A DNA stretch of 64,000 bases from an uncultured Pseudomonadales bacterium. Its GTDB lineage: Bacteria; Patescibacteriota; Microgenomatia; UBA1400; CAYNMC01. This document shows positions 28,287-37,497 of the stretch, one piece after another. Within the stretch, counting starts at the first letter, position 1; each line of letters begins with the position of its first letter. The position numbers were made by a program, and so were the translations under genes. The notes beneath the pieces are model-generated. The model did not search any database and had not been told where the DNA came from. It saw only the letters and a list, made by a program, of their open reading frames with translations. The DNA lies in the NCBI GenBank assembly GCA_964398365.1, contig CAYNMC010000038.1:25727-89726 (forward strand). The letters run 5' to 3'.

Positions 28287-30050
28287 TAAACTTTGGAGTT
28301 CTTTTAGAGAAGTAGCTTCATAAGGCTTCTTGTCATCCCGAAAGCGCTTCAAACGTGGGAAGCGCAAAGCCAAACCAGCAGTATGAATGGGTGAATAAGT
28401 AATATTGTCGGCTTCAATTTCAACTACTAAGCTGGAACGACACCAAACATCAGGAAAGAGATTTTTATGAACAAAATATTCTTTTGGTTTTTGGTTTATT
28501 TTGAGTTTTTCACAACGTTGATACATCTCTTGCCATTGTTTATCTGTCAAACCTGTACCGATTTTGGAAACAGTTAAAATTTTATTTTTATCAGGAATTC
28601 CTACCAAAAAAGCACCAATACCAAAACTCGCTCTTTTTCCCCGACCTTTATAATAACCCATCACCACACAATCAATCGTGTCCGCCAATTCTGATTTCAT
28701 ACCGGCTTTGTACTTCACCCAATTATAATTTCTCGCTCCTGCCTGATATCCCGCCTCGAGTTTTTTTGCCATCAAACCCTCCAAGCCTTCACTAACGACT
28801 TCCTGAAAAAATTTTTCAAAATCTTCAGCCTTGTCTACGATTTTCTGTTCGGTTAAAACAATATTTTTCGTTTGACTTTTTTGAAAGATCTCGGTCAGAA
28901 TTTTTCGGCGTTCCTGAAAAGGCAAATTTAACAAAGATCGATTTTGATAGTTCAAAATGTCAAAACAAAAAACTTTCAGGGGCAGGGCTGCTGCCTTCGC
29001 TCGAACGCCATGTTTACGCTTCCGTTGAATGGTCTCCTGAAAAGGGAGAAACTGACCGGTTTTGGGATGATAAGCAATCGCCTCTCCGTCTAAAATTACT
29101 GACTCTACGGGTAATTTCTGGGCTTCTTTAACGATATCGGGAAACATTGAGGTTAAATTATCCAAATTTCTGGAAAAAATTCTCACAAAGTACTGTTTTT
29201 GACTATCGAATAAATTTAAACTTGTCTCCTCTTGTGGACTAAATTTTCTTTTTTTATCAAGATGTACCTCGCAACGCAAACCATCATATTTGGGTTCAAG
29301 AGCGCAACGCCCCCCCATTTTTTCTAAAATTTCCTCTGGGTTTTTTAATCTTTCTGCCTTAGCCGGCAAAATAGGAATTCCCACTTCGCTTTTAATTTTC
29401 CTAATTCCCTTAAGGCCCTCTTTTTTAAAAATGCTGGCAATTTTACCAATATCTGCCAAAACATTAAAAGCTGCTTCTAAAGGCTGCCGAAGACTCTTAT
29501 TACCAGTCTGACTCCAAGAAAGTGCATCCAAAACTGTCATATCGGAAAAACCAAGACGTAATTTCTGCAACGAAATCCGTACCAAGTATTTTGCCGATAA
29601 AGGATCAATATTCCTCAAAAGTTCTGCCATTTTATTAATTTTTCTTTCTTGTGAACCTTCACCTGATTCCTGAGCAATTTCCACTAATTTTTGATAAACT
29701 TCCTTGACGTTAATTTGCAAATTTTGATGAGCATTTTTAATTTTTAATTTTTGTTTTTTTATCTTAAAAGCGACCTCACCAAGATCGCCCATTTCTTTGT
29801 AAGTCTTTGCAATAATTGTTGGTGTCACTTGAAGAGCAGTAGCCAGAACACGAATCATCATCTTCTCTGCCAACATCAGCTCAATACCAAGATATTTGGG
29901 AGCCAAACGACCTAAAACCAAGTAACAAATTTTATCAATCTCAGCCACCGTTGATTTTTTAAAAACCTCAGCTAATATCCGGGTCATCTCTAAGCGTGAA
30001 GCGGTCTTTTCTAAAAGATTTAAAAATTGAGAAAGTTCTCTAAAATCCAT
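28263..30050 (-). CDS. ATP-dependent DNA ligase, archaeal/eukaryal Lig1-type (DBD + adenylation + OB), copy 1
   Basis: 595 aa. EPKYDGLRCEVH (KxDG adenylation lysine), LDGEAIAY, EGLMAK, and WVKYK / LRFPRLKRFRDDK at the C-terminus. Paralogue of 53631..55349. Confidence 0.9.
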   Translation of the reverse strand: MDFRELSQFLNLLEKTASRLEMTRILAEVFKKSTVAEIDKICYLVLGRLAPKYLGIELMLAEKMMIRVLATALQVTPTIIAKTYKEMGDLGEVAFKIKKQKLKIKNAHQNLQINVKEVYQKLVEIAQESGEGSQERKINKMAELLRNIDPLSAKYLVRISLQKLRLGFSDMTVLDALSWSQTGNKSLRQPLEAAFNVLADIGKIASIFKKEGLKGIRKIKSEVGIPILPAKAERLKNPEEILEKMGGRCALEPKYDGLRCEVHLDKKRKFSPQEETSLNLFDSQKQYFVRIFSRNLDNLTSMFPDIVKEAQKLPVESVILDGEAIAYHPKTGQFLPFQETIQRKRKHGVRAKAAALPLKVFCFDILNYQNRSLLNLPFQERRKILTEIFQKSQTKNIVLTEQKIVDKAEDFEKFFQEVVSEGLEGLMAKKLEAGYQAGARNYNWVKYKAGMKSELADTIDCVVMGYYKGRGKRASFGIGAFLVGIPDKNKILTVSKIGTGLTDKQWQEMYQRCEKLKINQKPKEYFVHKNLFPDVWCRSSLVVEIEADNITYSPIHTAGLALRFPRLKRFRDDKKPYEATSLKELQSLKSNDSNH

Positions 30051-30059
30051 GGGTAGTTA

Positions 30060-31115
30060 TTATTGAACTAAACGGTATTTGACGCCTTTAGTCTTACCCT
30101 CCCTAACAATTAAGCCTTTTTTCAATAAATCTCTTAAATCTCTTAAAATTGTGTCTTCGGAAACCATTTTTAAAATTTGTTTGGCTTGAGCCATTTCTAA
30201 GGACTTATGTTCTTTTAGAAACTTTACTAACTTTATTTGTCTTGAAGAAAGAATTATCTGTTTACCCAAACGATCCTTTAAACTACTATCCAAAGATAAA
30301 CTCTCAACTTTTTCTTTGACTTTTTGCAATTCTACAGCCAAGCCATAAGTAAAATATTCTAACCAATTTGTAAGATCATTATTAAGGCTAACGCTTTGAA
30401 GATGCTGATAATAAGCGGCGGCATCTTGATCATAATATTCTTCTAAAGAAAAGAAGCGTTTAATGTCATAACCTTCACGGAAAAGAATCAAAGTTGCAAA
30501 AGCACGAGCTACGCGACCATTACCATCAATAAAGGGATGAATCCTCACAATTTCATAATGAGCAATTCCTGCTCGCAAAACTGGGTGAATATTCTTTGAT
30601 CGTGGTTCATGAGATAACCAAGCAAAGAATTCTTTAATTTGATAGGGAACCTCAATTGGTGGTGGCGGAATGAATTTTACCTCTTGAGTCTCACTATCTT
30701 TAACAACAACTTTAAGCTTCCGATAATGACCACATTCTTCAGGAGACAAAATTTTTTCTACGGTAAGACTGTGAATTTTTTTTAAATGTTCTTCCTTATA
30801 AACAAAATCTTTGTTTTCGCTACTTGAGAGCTTATCTAGGTAATCCAAAACCTTGCGGTAATTGAGCACTTCTTGAATATCACGGGGACGGCCAACTACT
30901 TTTTCTCCCTCAATTACCTTTTTGGCCTGATTGAAACTTAAATCATTTCCTTCAAGATGAGTGCCATGATGAACGGTTCTGGCGGTCGCTTCTTCCCGAA
31001 ATTGATTCTCCCAAGCTGGTAAAAGCGGCGCGTTATCGATTAAAGCTTTAGCGGCTTCGATCTGGGCAATATTTCTTAAGATTTCCTCACTTATCGTAAA
31101 CTTTGGCCAGTACAT
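30060..31115 (-). CDS. Fic-family protein (Fic_N + Fic + C-terminal winged-helix), copy 1
   Basis: HPFIDGNGRVARA matches the catalytic HxFx(D/E)GNGRxxR motif. C-terminal ...ILRDLRDLLKKGLIVREGKTKGVKYRL is wHTH-like. Nine-nt gap to the ligase. Confidence 0.88.
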   Translation of the reverse strand: MYWPKFTISEEILRNIAQIEAAKALIDNAPLLPAWENQFREEATARTVHHGTHLEGNDLSFNQAKKVIEGEKVVGRPRDIQEVLNYRKVLDYLDKLSSSENKDFVYKEEHLKKIHSLTVEKILSPEECGHYRKLKVVVKDSETQEVKFIPPPPIEVPYQIKEFFAWLSHEPRSKNIHPVLRAGIAHYEIVRIHPFIDGNGRVARAFATLILFREGYDIKRFFSLEEYYDQDAAAYYQHLQSVSLNNDLTNWLEYFTYGLAVELQKVKEKVESLSLDSSLKDRLGKQIILSSRQIKLVKFLKEHKSLEMAQAKQILKMVSEDTILRDLRDLLKKGLIVREGKTKGVKYRLVQ

Positions 31116-31295
31116 AACAATCTTATTTTAACGATTTGAGAAATTTTTTAAAGAGGGTCTTACCGCTGATTTTTTTCTCGTGACGGCGATTTTTGAAAAA
31201 CGCTTTTACAACCCAGTTTAAAGTTGGGTAGGAATAAAGGAAATATATTTATTTCTTCAAAGGAACTTTTAGGCTCAGCAGTCGGTCCATTTCTG

Positions 31296-31367
31296 TGGGC
31301 GAGGATGGGATCGAACCATCGACCTTCGTCTTATCAGGACGACGCTCTACCACTGAGCCACTCGCCC
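31296..31367 (-). tRNA. tRNA-Ile(GAU)
   Basis: Minus strand: GGGCGAG TG GCTC AGTGGTA GAGC G TCGTC CTGATAA GACGA AGGTC GATGG TTCGATC CCATC CTCGCCC A. About 200 nt downstream of the 16S 3' end. No encoded CCA. Confidence 0.9.
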
Positions 31368-32011
31368 CTTCCCTGTTAGTTTTCCTTGCCTAAAAATTAC
31401 CCTCTATTGGTAGGGGCTAAAGGATGATATCAATCTGAATAAGTGATAGGAATCCCCGATTTTCTAAGGTGTCGGCGGCACACCCGACTGTGACGATTTA
31501 CAGTCATGTTTTTCCTTTGACTTGCGCCAAAGAGGTAAAAACCCTGTGAGTGGGTAAACCTTTTATCCTTAAGAAAGGAGGTGATCCATCCGCTCCTTCC
31601 AGAACGGATACCTTGTTACGACTTACCGCTGATTACCGAGCTTGCCTTCACCCCGCCTAAAGGGCGGGGCTTCGGGCACTCCCGACTTTCCTCAGTTGAC
31701 GGGCAGTGTGTACAAGGAGCGAGAACGTATTCACCGCGGTCTGCTGACCCGCGATTACTACCAATTCCGCGTTCATGAGGGCGAGTTGCAGCCCTCAATC
31801 CCAACTGAGGGAAGGTTTGATGGGATTAGCTCCGCCTTACGGCTTGGCAACCCATTGTCCTTCCCATTGTAGGATGTGTGTGGCCCTGGGCATAAGCGCC
31901 GTGCTGACTTGACGTCATCCTCTCCTTCCTCCCCGCCAGTTGGCGGAGCAGTTCCCTAAGAACTTCTAACTTAGGGTAAGGGTTGCGCTCGTTACCGCAC
32001 TTAAGCGTACG

Positions 32012-32045
<34 letters not shown>

Positions 32046-32965
32046 GCTGTCCTAGTGTCCTTGCGGAAGCCTCGGTTTCCCGAAGATGTCACTAGGATGT
32101 CAAACCCAGGTAAGGTTCATCGCTTCGTATCGAATTGAACCACATGCTCCACTGGTTGTGCGCTCCCCCGTCAATTCTTTTGAGTTTTAGCCTTGCGGCC
32201 GTAGTTCCCAGGCGGCCTACTTAACGCGTTAGCTTACGTCACCCCCGCGAAAAACGGAGACAACTAGTAGGCATCGTTTACGGCTAAGACTACAGGGGTC
32301 TCTAATCCCTTTTGCTCCCTTAGCTTTCGTTCATCAGCGTCTGAAGGACCTAGGTGCCTGCCTTCGCTCTCGGTGTTCTTCCCAATCTCAACGGATTTCA
32401 CTCCTCCACTGGGAATTCCAGCACCTCCGATCCAACACAAGTTTTTCAGTATCAATCGCCTTTCTCCGATGAAGTCGGAGGCTTTAACGACTGACTTGAA
32501 AAACCGCCTACGAGACTCTTTACGCCCAGTAAATCCGGATAACGCTTGCACCCTACGTCTTACCGCAGCTGCTGGCACGTAGTTAGCGGGTGCTTATTCC
32601 CCCGATGGTCTCCCATCGGGGAAAAGTGGTTTACAACCCGAAGGCCTTCATCCCACACGCGGCGTCGCGGCGTCAGAGTTGCCTCCATTGCGCACGATTC
32701 CCGGTTGCTGCCACCCGTAGGTGTATGGGCCGTGTCTCAGTCCCATTCTGCCCGTATCCCCTCTCAGGGCGGGTACCCGTCGTAGCCTTGGTAGGCCATT
32801 ACCCTACCAACAAGCTGATGGGCCGCAGGCTCATCCCTCGGCGGACAGTTACGTCCTTTTCCCGATTAAATCGGGATTATGCGGTATTACCCCGCCTTTC
32901 GGCGAGCTATTCCCCACCAAGGGGTAGATTCCTACGTGTTACTCAGCCGTTCGCGGCTAGCGCAA

Positions 32966-33389
32966 CTCACAACACTCAACTACCAACTTTCAACTTTTTA
33001 GAAAAACCGCCAAGTTGATTTACAACGCTTTCACAAAGTTCAATTGACTCGTCAAATTCTTTAGAGTTAATCAGCTTTTCACTAAAAGCAACATCTAACG
33101 CGGATGCTGTTTCATTTGCTGAACCCATCGAATTTTCGAGATATCTGTTGAAATCTTTGTCTGAAGTTTTTGCTGAACCTTCTGCTATATTTAAGACTAT
33201 CGATAAAGAACTTCTTCTTATCTGATCTTTTAGATAATAGAAGTCTTTTGGAAATTTGGCAGACAATCTTACTATTTTTCGATGTAGATTCTTTGAGTCC
33301 TTATATACCTTAAAGTTCAAAAAACGGAAACTTATAATCTAATCATAGCAGAAAGTTGTGTGTTGTTTGTTGGAGGCTGAATGTTGTGA
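32966..33389 (-). other. intervening sequence (IVS) inside 16S rRNA helix 6 / V1, with basal stem
   Basis: After GCATGCAAGTGGAGCGAGCGTAGC the rRNA leaves the conserved core. CTCACAACA (33389..33381) pairs with TGTTGTGAG (32974..32966), after which the core resumes GCGAACGGCTGAGTAACACG. A second pairing, CAACTTTC / GAAAGTTG, lies inside. Confidence 0.8.
32976..33320 (-). CDS. four-helix-bundle protein (23S rRNA IVS protein / S23p / Avd-like family) encoded within the 16S IVS
   Basis: 114 aa. KFPKDFYYLKDQIRRSSLSIVLNIAEGSAKTSDKDFNRYLENSMGSANE matches the family core (QlrRAa.Si..NIAEG...s.kef..fl..A.GS..E). Same strand as the rRNA. Confidence 0.8.
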   Translation of the reverse strand: MNFKVYKDSKNLHRKIVRLSAKFPKDFYYLKDQIRRSSLSIVLNIAEGSAKTSDKDFNRYLENSMGSANETASALDVAFSEKLINSKEFDESIELCESVVNQLGGFSKKLKVGS

Positions 33390-33651
33390 GCTACGCTCGC
33401 TCCACTTGCATGCCTAAGGCGCGCCGCCAGCGTTCATCCTGGGCCAGGATCAAACCCTCAAAAATGCTCCCGATTCTGCATCGGGAAACGCTTCCCCTAG
33501 AAAACTTCGAAATTTTCTGTTTTCCGGCTTAAAATTGTCAAGGTGCCTGTGAACTTACCAAAATGGCCACCAGATGGTGGCCTTCCAAATCACACATCTG
33601 GTAATTTTTCTAATCCATATGCTCTCCTTGAATATCTCGGAGGCAGATATC

Positions 33652-33679
33652 ATTATATCAAATGAAAGCAAAAGGTCAA
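33652..33679 (-). promoter_or_regulatory. candidate sigma-70 promoter for the 16S rRNA gene
   Basis: Minus strand reads TTGACC - 16 nt - TGATATAAT (extended -10), about 190 nt upstream of the 16S 5' end. Confidence 0.45.
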
Positions 33680-33943
33680 CCGTCGAGGATATTTGCGACA
33701 GCTTCATATGGTGTTTTTAAATCTATTCCTAAGTGAAGTTTGAAAAAGTTGTATTCAAGCAATAAACAACCTCTTCTATACATCTTAGTTTTGGGTAATT
33801 CCTGAATCTGAAAAAGAATTCTTCTCAAGTGTGGATGTAATTGTTTCTAAATCATTATATCTTCTCTTTAGATATCTATAAAAAAAGTCCTTGTATGACA
33901 GGCAGGGTTTAAGTGTTTGGTAATCTTTTCTTAGGGGTTGGGA

Positions 33944-34306
33944 TTAAAATAGACTGAATCCTTGACGAAATACCCAGTCACTATCTGGTTCGGCTTGACC
34001 TTCTGGTTCAGGATTAATAATTCCCTCTGTAAAACCTCCTTCATCTTCCTGTGGAACTTCTCTGGAAAAATTTCGACAACCTACTGGGGGTCTTCTAATA
34101 AATTGTCTCTTCAAATTGTCGTAAGCCGCATTAATAGCTCTCATTACCCTTTCATCCCCTCCTGCATCAGGATGAAAACTTTTACTTAAAAAACGATAAA
34201 TTTCTTGGATTGAGTTAAGATCGCTACCATGGCTACTCAAAACCATCATCCAATACCCCACATTACTACTATGTCCTCCTTGTTCCTGACTCTGTTCCTG
34301 ACTCAT
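33944..34306 (-). CDS. small stand-alone J-domain protein
   Basis: SIQEIYRFLSKSFHPDAGGDERVMRAINAAYDNLK carries the HPD tripeptide in J-domain helix II/III context. Start set at ATG 34306 (MSQEQSQEQ); the track start is a TTG. Confidence 0.6.
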   Translation of the reverse strand: MSQEQSQEQGGHSSNVGYWMMVLSSHGSDLNSIQEIYRFLSKSFHPDAGGDERVMRAINAAYDNLKRQFIRRPPVGCRNFSREVPQEDEGGFTEGIINPEPEGQAEPDSDWVFRQGFSLF

Positions 34307-34565
34307 ATAATAAAGTTCTTTTTTAAGATAGCAGATAACCAAAAAATGTCAACTCTATTTTGTAGTATCAAGGTTTCATTGATAGCAGGTAGTATATTAA
34401 GCTTGTTGGTTAGTATCCTCTTTTCAACTTTTTGTTGTGTGGTTTTACCCTTCACTTTACAATCTCCGTTTGAGAGATACCTCAAAAAGTACTCTTTTGG
34501 CATTAATCTAGTGTATAATACAAAGAGTCGCTGTATTTGAAGCAGTGAAGAAGTACTTAAATTAT

Positions 34566-34637
34566 GGCCCCATCGTCTAACGGTTAGGACGACACCCCTT
34601 CAAGGTGTAAATTCGGGTTCGATTCCCGGTGGGGTCA
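34566..34637 (+). tRNA. tRNA-Glu(UUC)
   Basis: GGCCCCA TC GTCT AACGGTTA GGAC G ACACC CCTTCAA GGTGT AAAT TCGGG TTCGATT CCCGG TGGGGTC A. Anticodon TTC. No encoded CCA. Confidence 0.9.
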
Positions 34638-34832
34638 CAGATAGGGATTTTTGAGGGTCGGATTCTCTTTATAAGTTTCCTTTACGATATTCCTAATTGC
34701 CCTGGTCGCAACCCCTAAAGAATTATAGTTGTCTCCCAAAACCTTATTCCTGCTTTTTGCAAAGTTTAGATTGCTTGCCTCTTTTAATCTATTATATATA
34801 TAAACGGAAACTTTATTTTCTAAATTTACCAT
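34635..34832 (-). pseudogene. 65-codon remnant, possibly the N-terminus of a DNA alkylation repair (AlkD/HEAT-like) protein
   Basis: ...FAKSRNKVLGDNYNSLGVATRAIRNIVKE resembles the N-terminal region of that family. The ORF ends abruptly against the tRNA-Glu 3' end. Weak assignment. Confidence 0.3.
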
Positions 34833-35613
34833 AGATAGTTAGCCCCGATAATCCATTTATTCCTACCTCTTCCGATGAAGTTTTCATAACAGATATTCCA
34901 ACTTTATCTAATAATTCCTCTACGCTTCCCGGAGCAAAAAACCATAAAGTTCGGTTATTTACTTTCACATCTGGTCCTGTACCCCCTTGTTTTAAGAAAT
35001 ATACCTCTTGCCAATTATATTTATCTAAATCTACTGATCGTTCCATTTGATTTAATCTGACTATTTGGAGGCTATCTTCAGCGTAGCTATCTACGCTAGA
35101 TATACTTTCCTTCGGCTTTTCTGTCCTCTTTATAAGAAAATCAATTATTATTAGTTTTGGACCATCATCCTTCAAGGAGCTTCGCGCATAAATTAAAGCT
35201 TTTTCAGTATCCGTCAAGGACAAGCTTAAATGTTTAACCATAACTAAATCAAAACGATTTCTGATTCCCTCAGGAAACTCACCTAAAATATCGGCTACTA
35301 TAAATTTTATATCAACCCCACTGGTTAACTTTTTTGCATAATCTATAACTTCCCCGTCTTTATCTAAACCCATACAATCATAGCCATATTCTCTCAATAG
35401 CATTAAGTAACGCCCTGCTCCACAACCTAATTCTAATACGTTTCTTACTCCTGCAGCTTTTTCTCTAATCCACCTGTCAATTGTTTCAGCATCTCCTTTA
35501 TAATCAAAAAACTGGGTGTTAAAAACATCCCAAGCAAATTTCTATTTTAGGGAATCTCCAGAGTATACAGCTTTTTCTAAAGCTTTCTTATCCTCATGTT
35601 CAAACTCTTTCAT
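34813..35613 (-). pseudogene. class I SAM-dependent methyltransferase interrupted by an in-frame TAG
   Basis: ATG at 35613 overlaps the DinB-like stop (ATGA). It reads MKEFEHEDKKALEKAVYSGDSLK, then TAG (35544..35542), then KFAWDVFNTQFFDYKGDAETIDRWIREKAAGVRNVLELGCGAGRYLMLLREYGY... Motif I therefore lies upstream of the track ORF 34813..35403, in the same frame. Confidence 0.7.
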
Positions 35614-36021
35614 TTTGCATTGCGACTATTGTTAGGTAGAGCCCATGCTTCAATCCAACTCTGCGGAAAGCTAACGCCCAGAAGATACCCAAAAGCAATG
35701 AATTGTCCATGATGCAAGGTTTCATGCCTTATCATTATCTCAATGATTGCATATTTCGGCAGCTTTTTGCCAAAAAGTGGTACCTCCCGATCCCAATCGG
35801 TTATGCTTTCAACAACTTTAAAAAATTGATTGTTTACTGCTTCTAAACGATCCAACAATTCTTTTTTTTTTCACAATTATATCTTCAGAACCATCCGTAA
35901 CACTCGAGAAATCAAGTTCTTTTCCTTTTAAAACGTTGGTGTAAACTCTTTGGACATCTCCCAACTCCTCAATGTGTTTAGAAAAGGTATTAAGTCCTGG
36001 CCTGGGTAATCGCCGGTTCAA
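35610..36021 (-). pseudogene. DinB-like (DinB_2 four-helix bundle) gene split by a frameshift in an A10 run
   Basis: Track ORFs 35818..36021 and 35610..35858 join into ...DIIVKKKELLDRLEAVNNQFFKVV... if the run 35862..35871 is 9 nt rather than 10. C-terminal IRHETLHHGQ is DinB-like. Confidence 0.6.
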
Positions 36022-36133
36022 TAGTTCGAGAGGAAGCTCGTTTATCCAATCAAGAGTTAAAGCTCTTGTTTCTCACCATCCGTCTAGTAGTACTTTAATC
36101 TTACGAGACATTTCTTTTTCAATATTGTTTTTA

Positions 36134-36386
36134 TTATCGAGATACTCTTTTGCTATAATACTTCTCTGGTATAAAATTGTAAAGGTTTTTAAGCCACGGC
36201 TGTGTTGTACCTTGATTCTCCTCTGTATAGAAAAATTTTGAAATGTTATCAATAAAATAAAGTCCCTCTCTCGTAATTTCATAATTTTCTTCTTTTTCTA
36301 AAAGCCATCCCAAGGAAGTTAAAGTTTGGATTTGTTCTTTAAAAACTTCTCCTATCTCTCTACCAAAAATTTCTGAAAATTTATTT
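36134..36386 (-). pseudogene. C-terminal remnant of a HemN/HemW-type radical SAM protein (HemN_C domain only)
   Basis: KFSEIFGREIGEVFKEQIQTLTSLGWLLEKEENYEITREGLYFIDNISKFF fits the HemN_C pattern. The first 8-9 codons of track ORF 36134..36412 lie inside the IS left inverted repeat, so its start is an artefact. Confidence 0.55.
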
Positions 36387-37414
36387 TGACAGGTACCCCT
36401 TAAAGTAGACACAGATTCTAAAATGAATCTTACTGTTTAGGGGGTGATTAATTTGGCAGGAATATCAAAAGAAGTTAAAGAGGAGATCTTATCTAAAATC
36501 AAAGGTGGAGCAAAGGTTATGGATGTTTCCAAAGATTATGGAGTCTCTACAAAGAAGCCAGATATTCTAAAAAGTCTTATTGTGAGGTTTCTTGCTTTTG
36601 ACAAGAAGAAATTGAGCAGTGTTATTGGAGCATCGAGGGCCGGGGTTTACAAGGCTTCAAACAATCTTGCTTCAAAAGATGAGCTCTTGAAGCTTCAAAT
36701 ACTGTCTGTGTTATCAACCCACCCAAGCTATGGCCACAGAAGAATAGCTTTGGAGCTTAAAGTTGGCAAGAAAAGAGTTAGAAGGGTGATGAAATTGTAT
36801 GACATCAAGCCTTACAAAAGAAAAGCCAGGTGGAGAAAAAGGAGAGATGAACGTAGGCCAGAATCCCAGTACCAAAACCTTATTAAAGGGATCTGTCCAT
36901 TGAGGGCAGGAGTTGTTTTTGTTGGTGACTTCACTTACTTGAGGTGGAGAGGAAGGTTTGTTTATTTGGCCACTTTTATGGATTTATATACAAGAGAAAT
37001 AGTTGGCTGGAGCATTTCAACAAAACATACTAAAGAGGTTTGTACTTGAGGCTTTCTGGGACGCAGTCCTTACAGCAGGAATCCTTCAAATAGTTCATAC
37101 AGACCAAGGGACTGAATACTGCTCAAGAGAATACTCAGAGCTTATGAATACCCTAAATATCCAAATCTCAATGAGCAAGAAAAGCTCTCCTTGGGAGAAT
37201 GGATATCAGGAAAGTTTCTACAATAATTTCAAGACTGACTTGGGACTTGAGTTTGAGAGATTTAATACCTCCGGAGAGCTTATTGAAGGAGTACACCAAA
37301 CCATTAATTACTACAACAAGCAAAGAATCCACACCACCCTAAAAATGTCACCAATATCTTTCAAACACAAACACTTGTATTAGAATTCGTGTCTACCAAA
37401 AGGGGTACTTGACA
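36387..37414 (+). mobile_element. IS3-family-like insertion sequence (1,028 bp) with 34-bp imperfect terminal inverted repeats
   Basis: Left end TGACAGGTACCCCTTAAAGTAGACACAGATTCTA against the reverse complement of the right end TGTCAAGTACCCCTTTTGGTAGACACGAATTCTA (27/34 identical, TG...CA termini). Encloses the transposase ORFs. No clear target-site duplication seen. Confidence 0.8.
36444..37383 (+). pseudogene. IS3-family DDE (rve) transposase, frameshifted within the catalytic domain
   Basis: HPSYGHRRIALELK, VGDFTYLRW...YLATFMDLYTREIVGWSIS, then after a frame change near 37035..37045 VHTDQGTEYCS and PWENGYQESFY, ending YYNKQRIHTTL. Removing one nt in GAGGTTTG restores ...KEFVLEAFWDAV... Confidence 0.8.
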
Positions 37415-37497
37415 AACTTTTAAACCTTAAATTAAAGATTCAAGTATAAAACAACCCTAAGGGTTCAAAGGTAAAAGTTTAGAAATAATAACTTATC

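Noticed and set aside
31116-31295. 23S rRNA or tRNA-Ala downstream of tRNA-Ile(GAU)
   Set aside because: The sequence has no cloverleaf potential and no conserved 23S 5' motifs. The Fic gene starts at 31115.
32976-33320. Diversity-generating retroelement, suggested by the Avd-like four-helix-bundle genes here and at 58879..59204
   Set aside because: The window contains no reverse-transcriptase ORF, and I saw no template/variable repeat pair near either copy.
32966-33389. Group I/II intron with a homing endonuclease as the explanation for the 16S insertion
   Set aside because: Only ~60 nt of the ~405-nt insert lie outside the ORF, too little for a ribozyme core. The ORF is a four-helix-bundle protein, not a LAGLIDADG, GIY-YIG or HNH enzyme. 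The flanks form a simple extended stem, as in RNase III-processed IVSs.
34813-35613. Alternative genetic code (TAG read-through, or UGA=Gly code 25 as in some CPR lineages) to explain the in-frame stop
   Set aside because: TAG terminates the transketolase C-subunit and ligase genes. TGA terminates GH15, the DinB-like gene and hicA at positions that fit the homologues. All conserved genes are intact under code 11.
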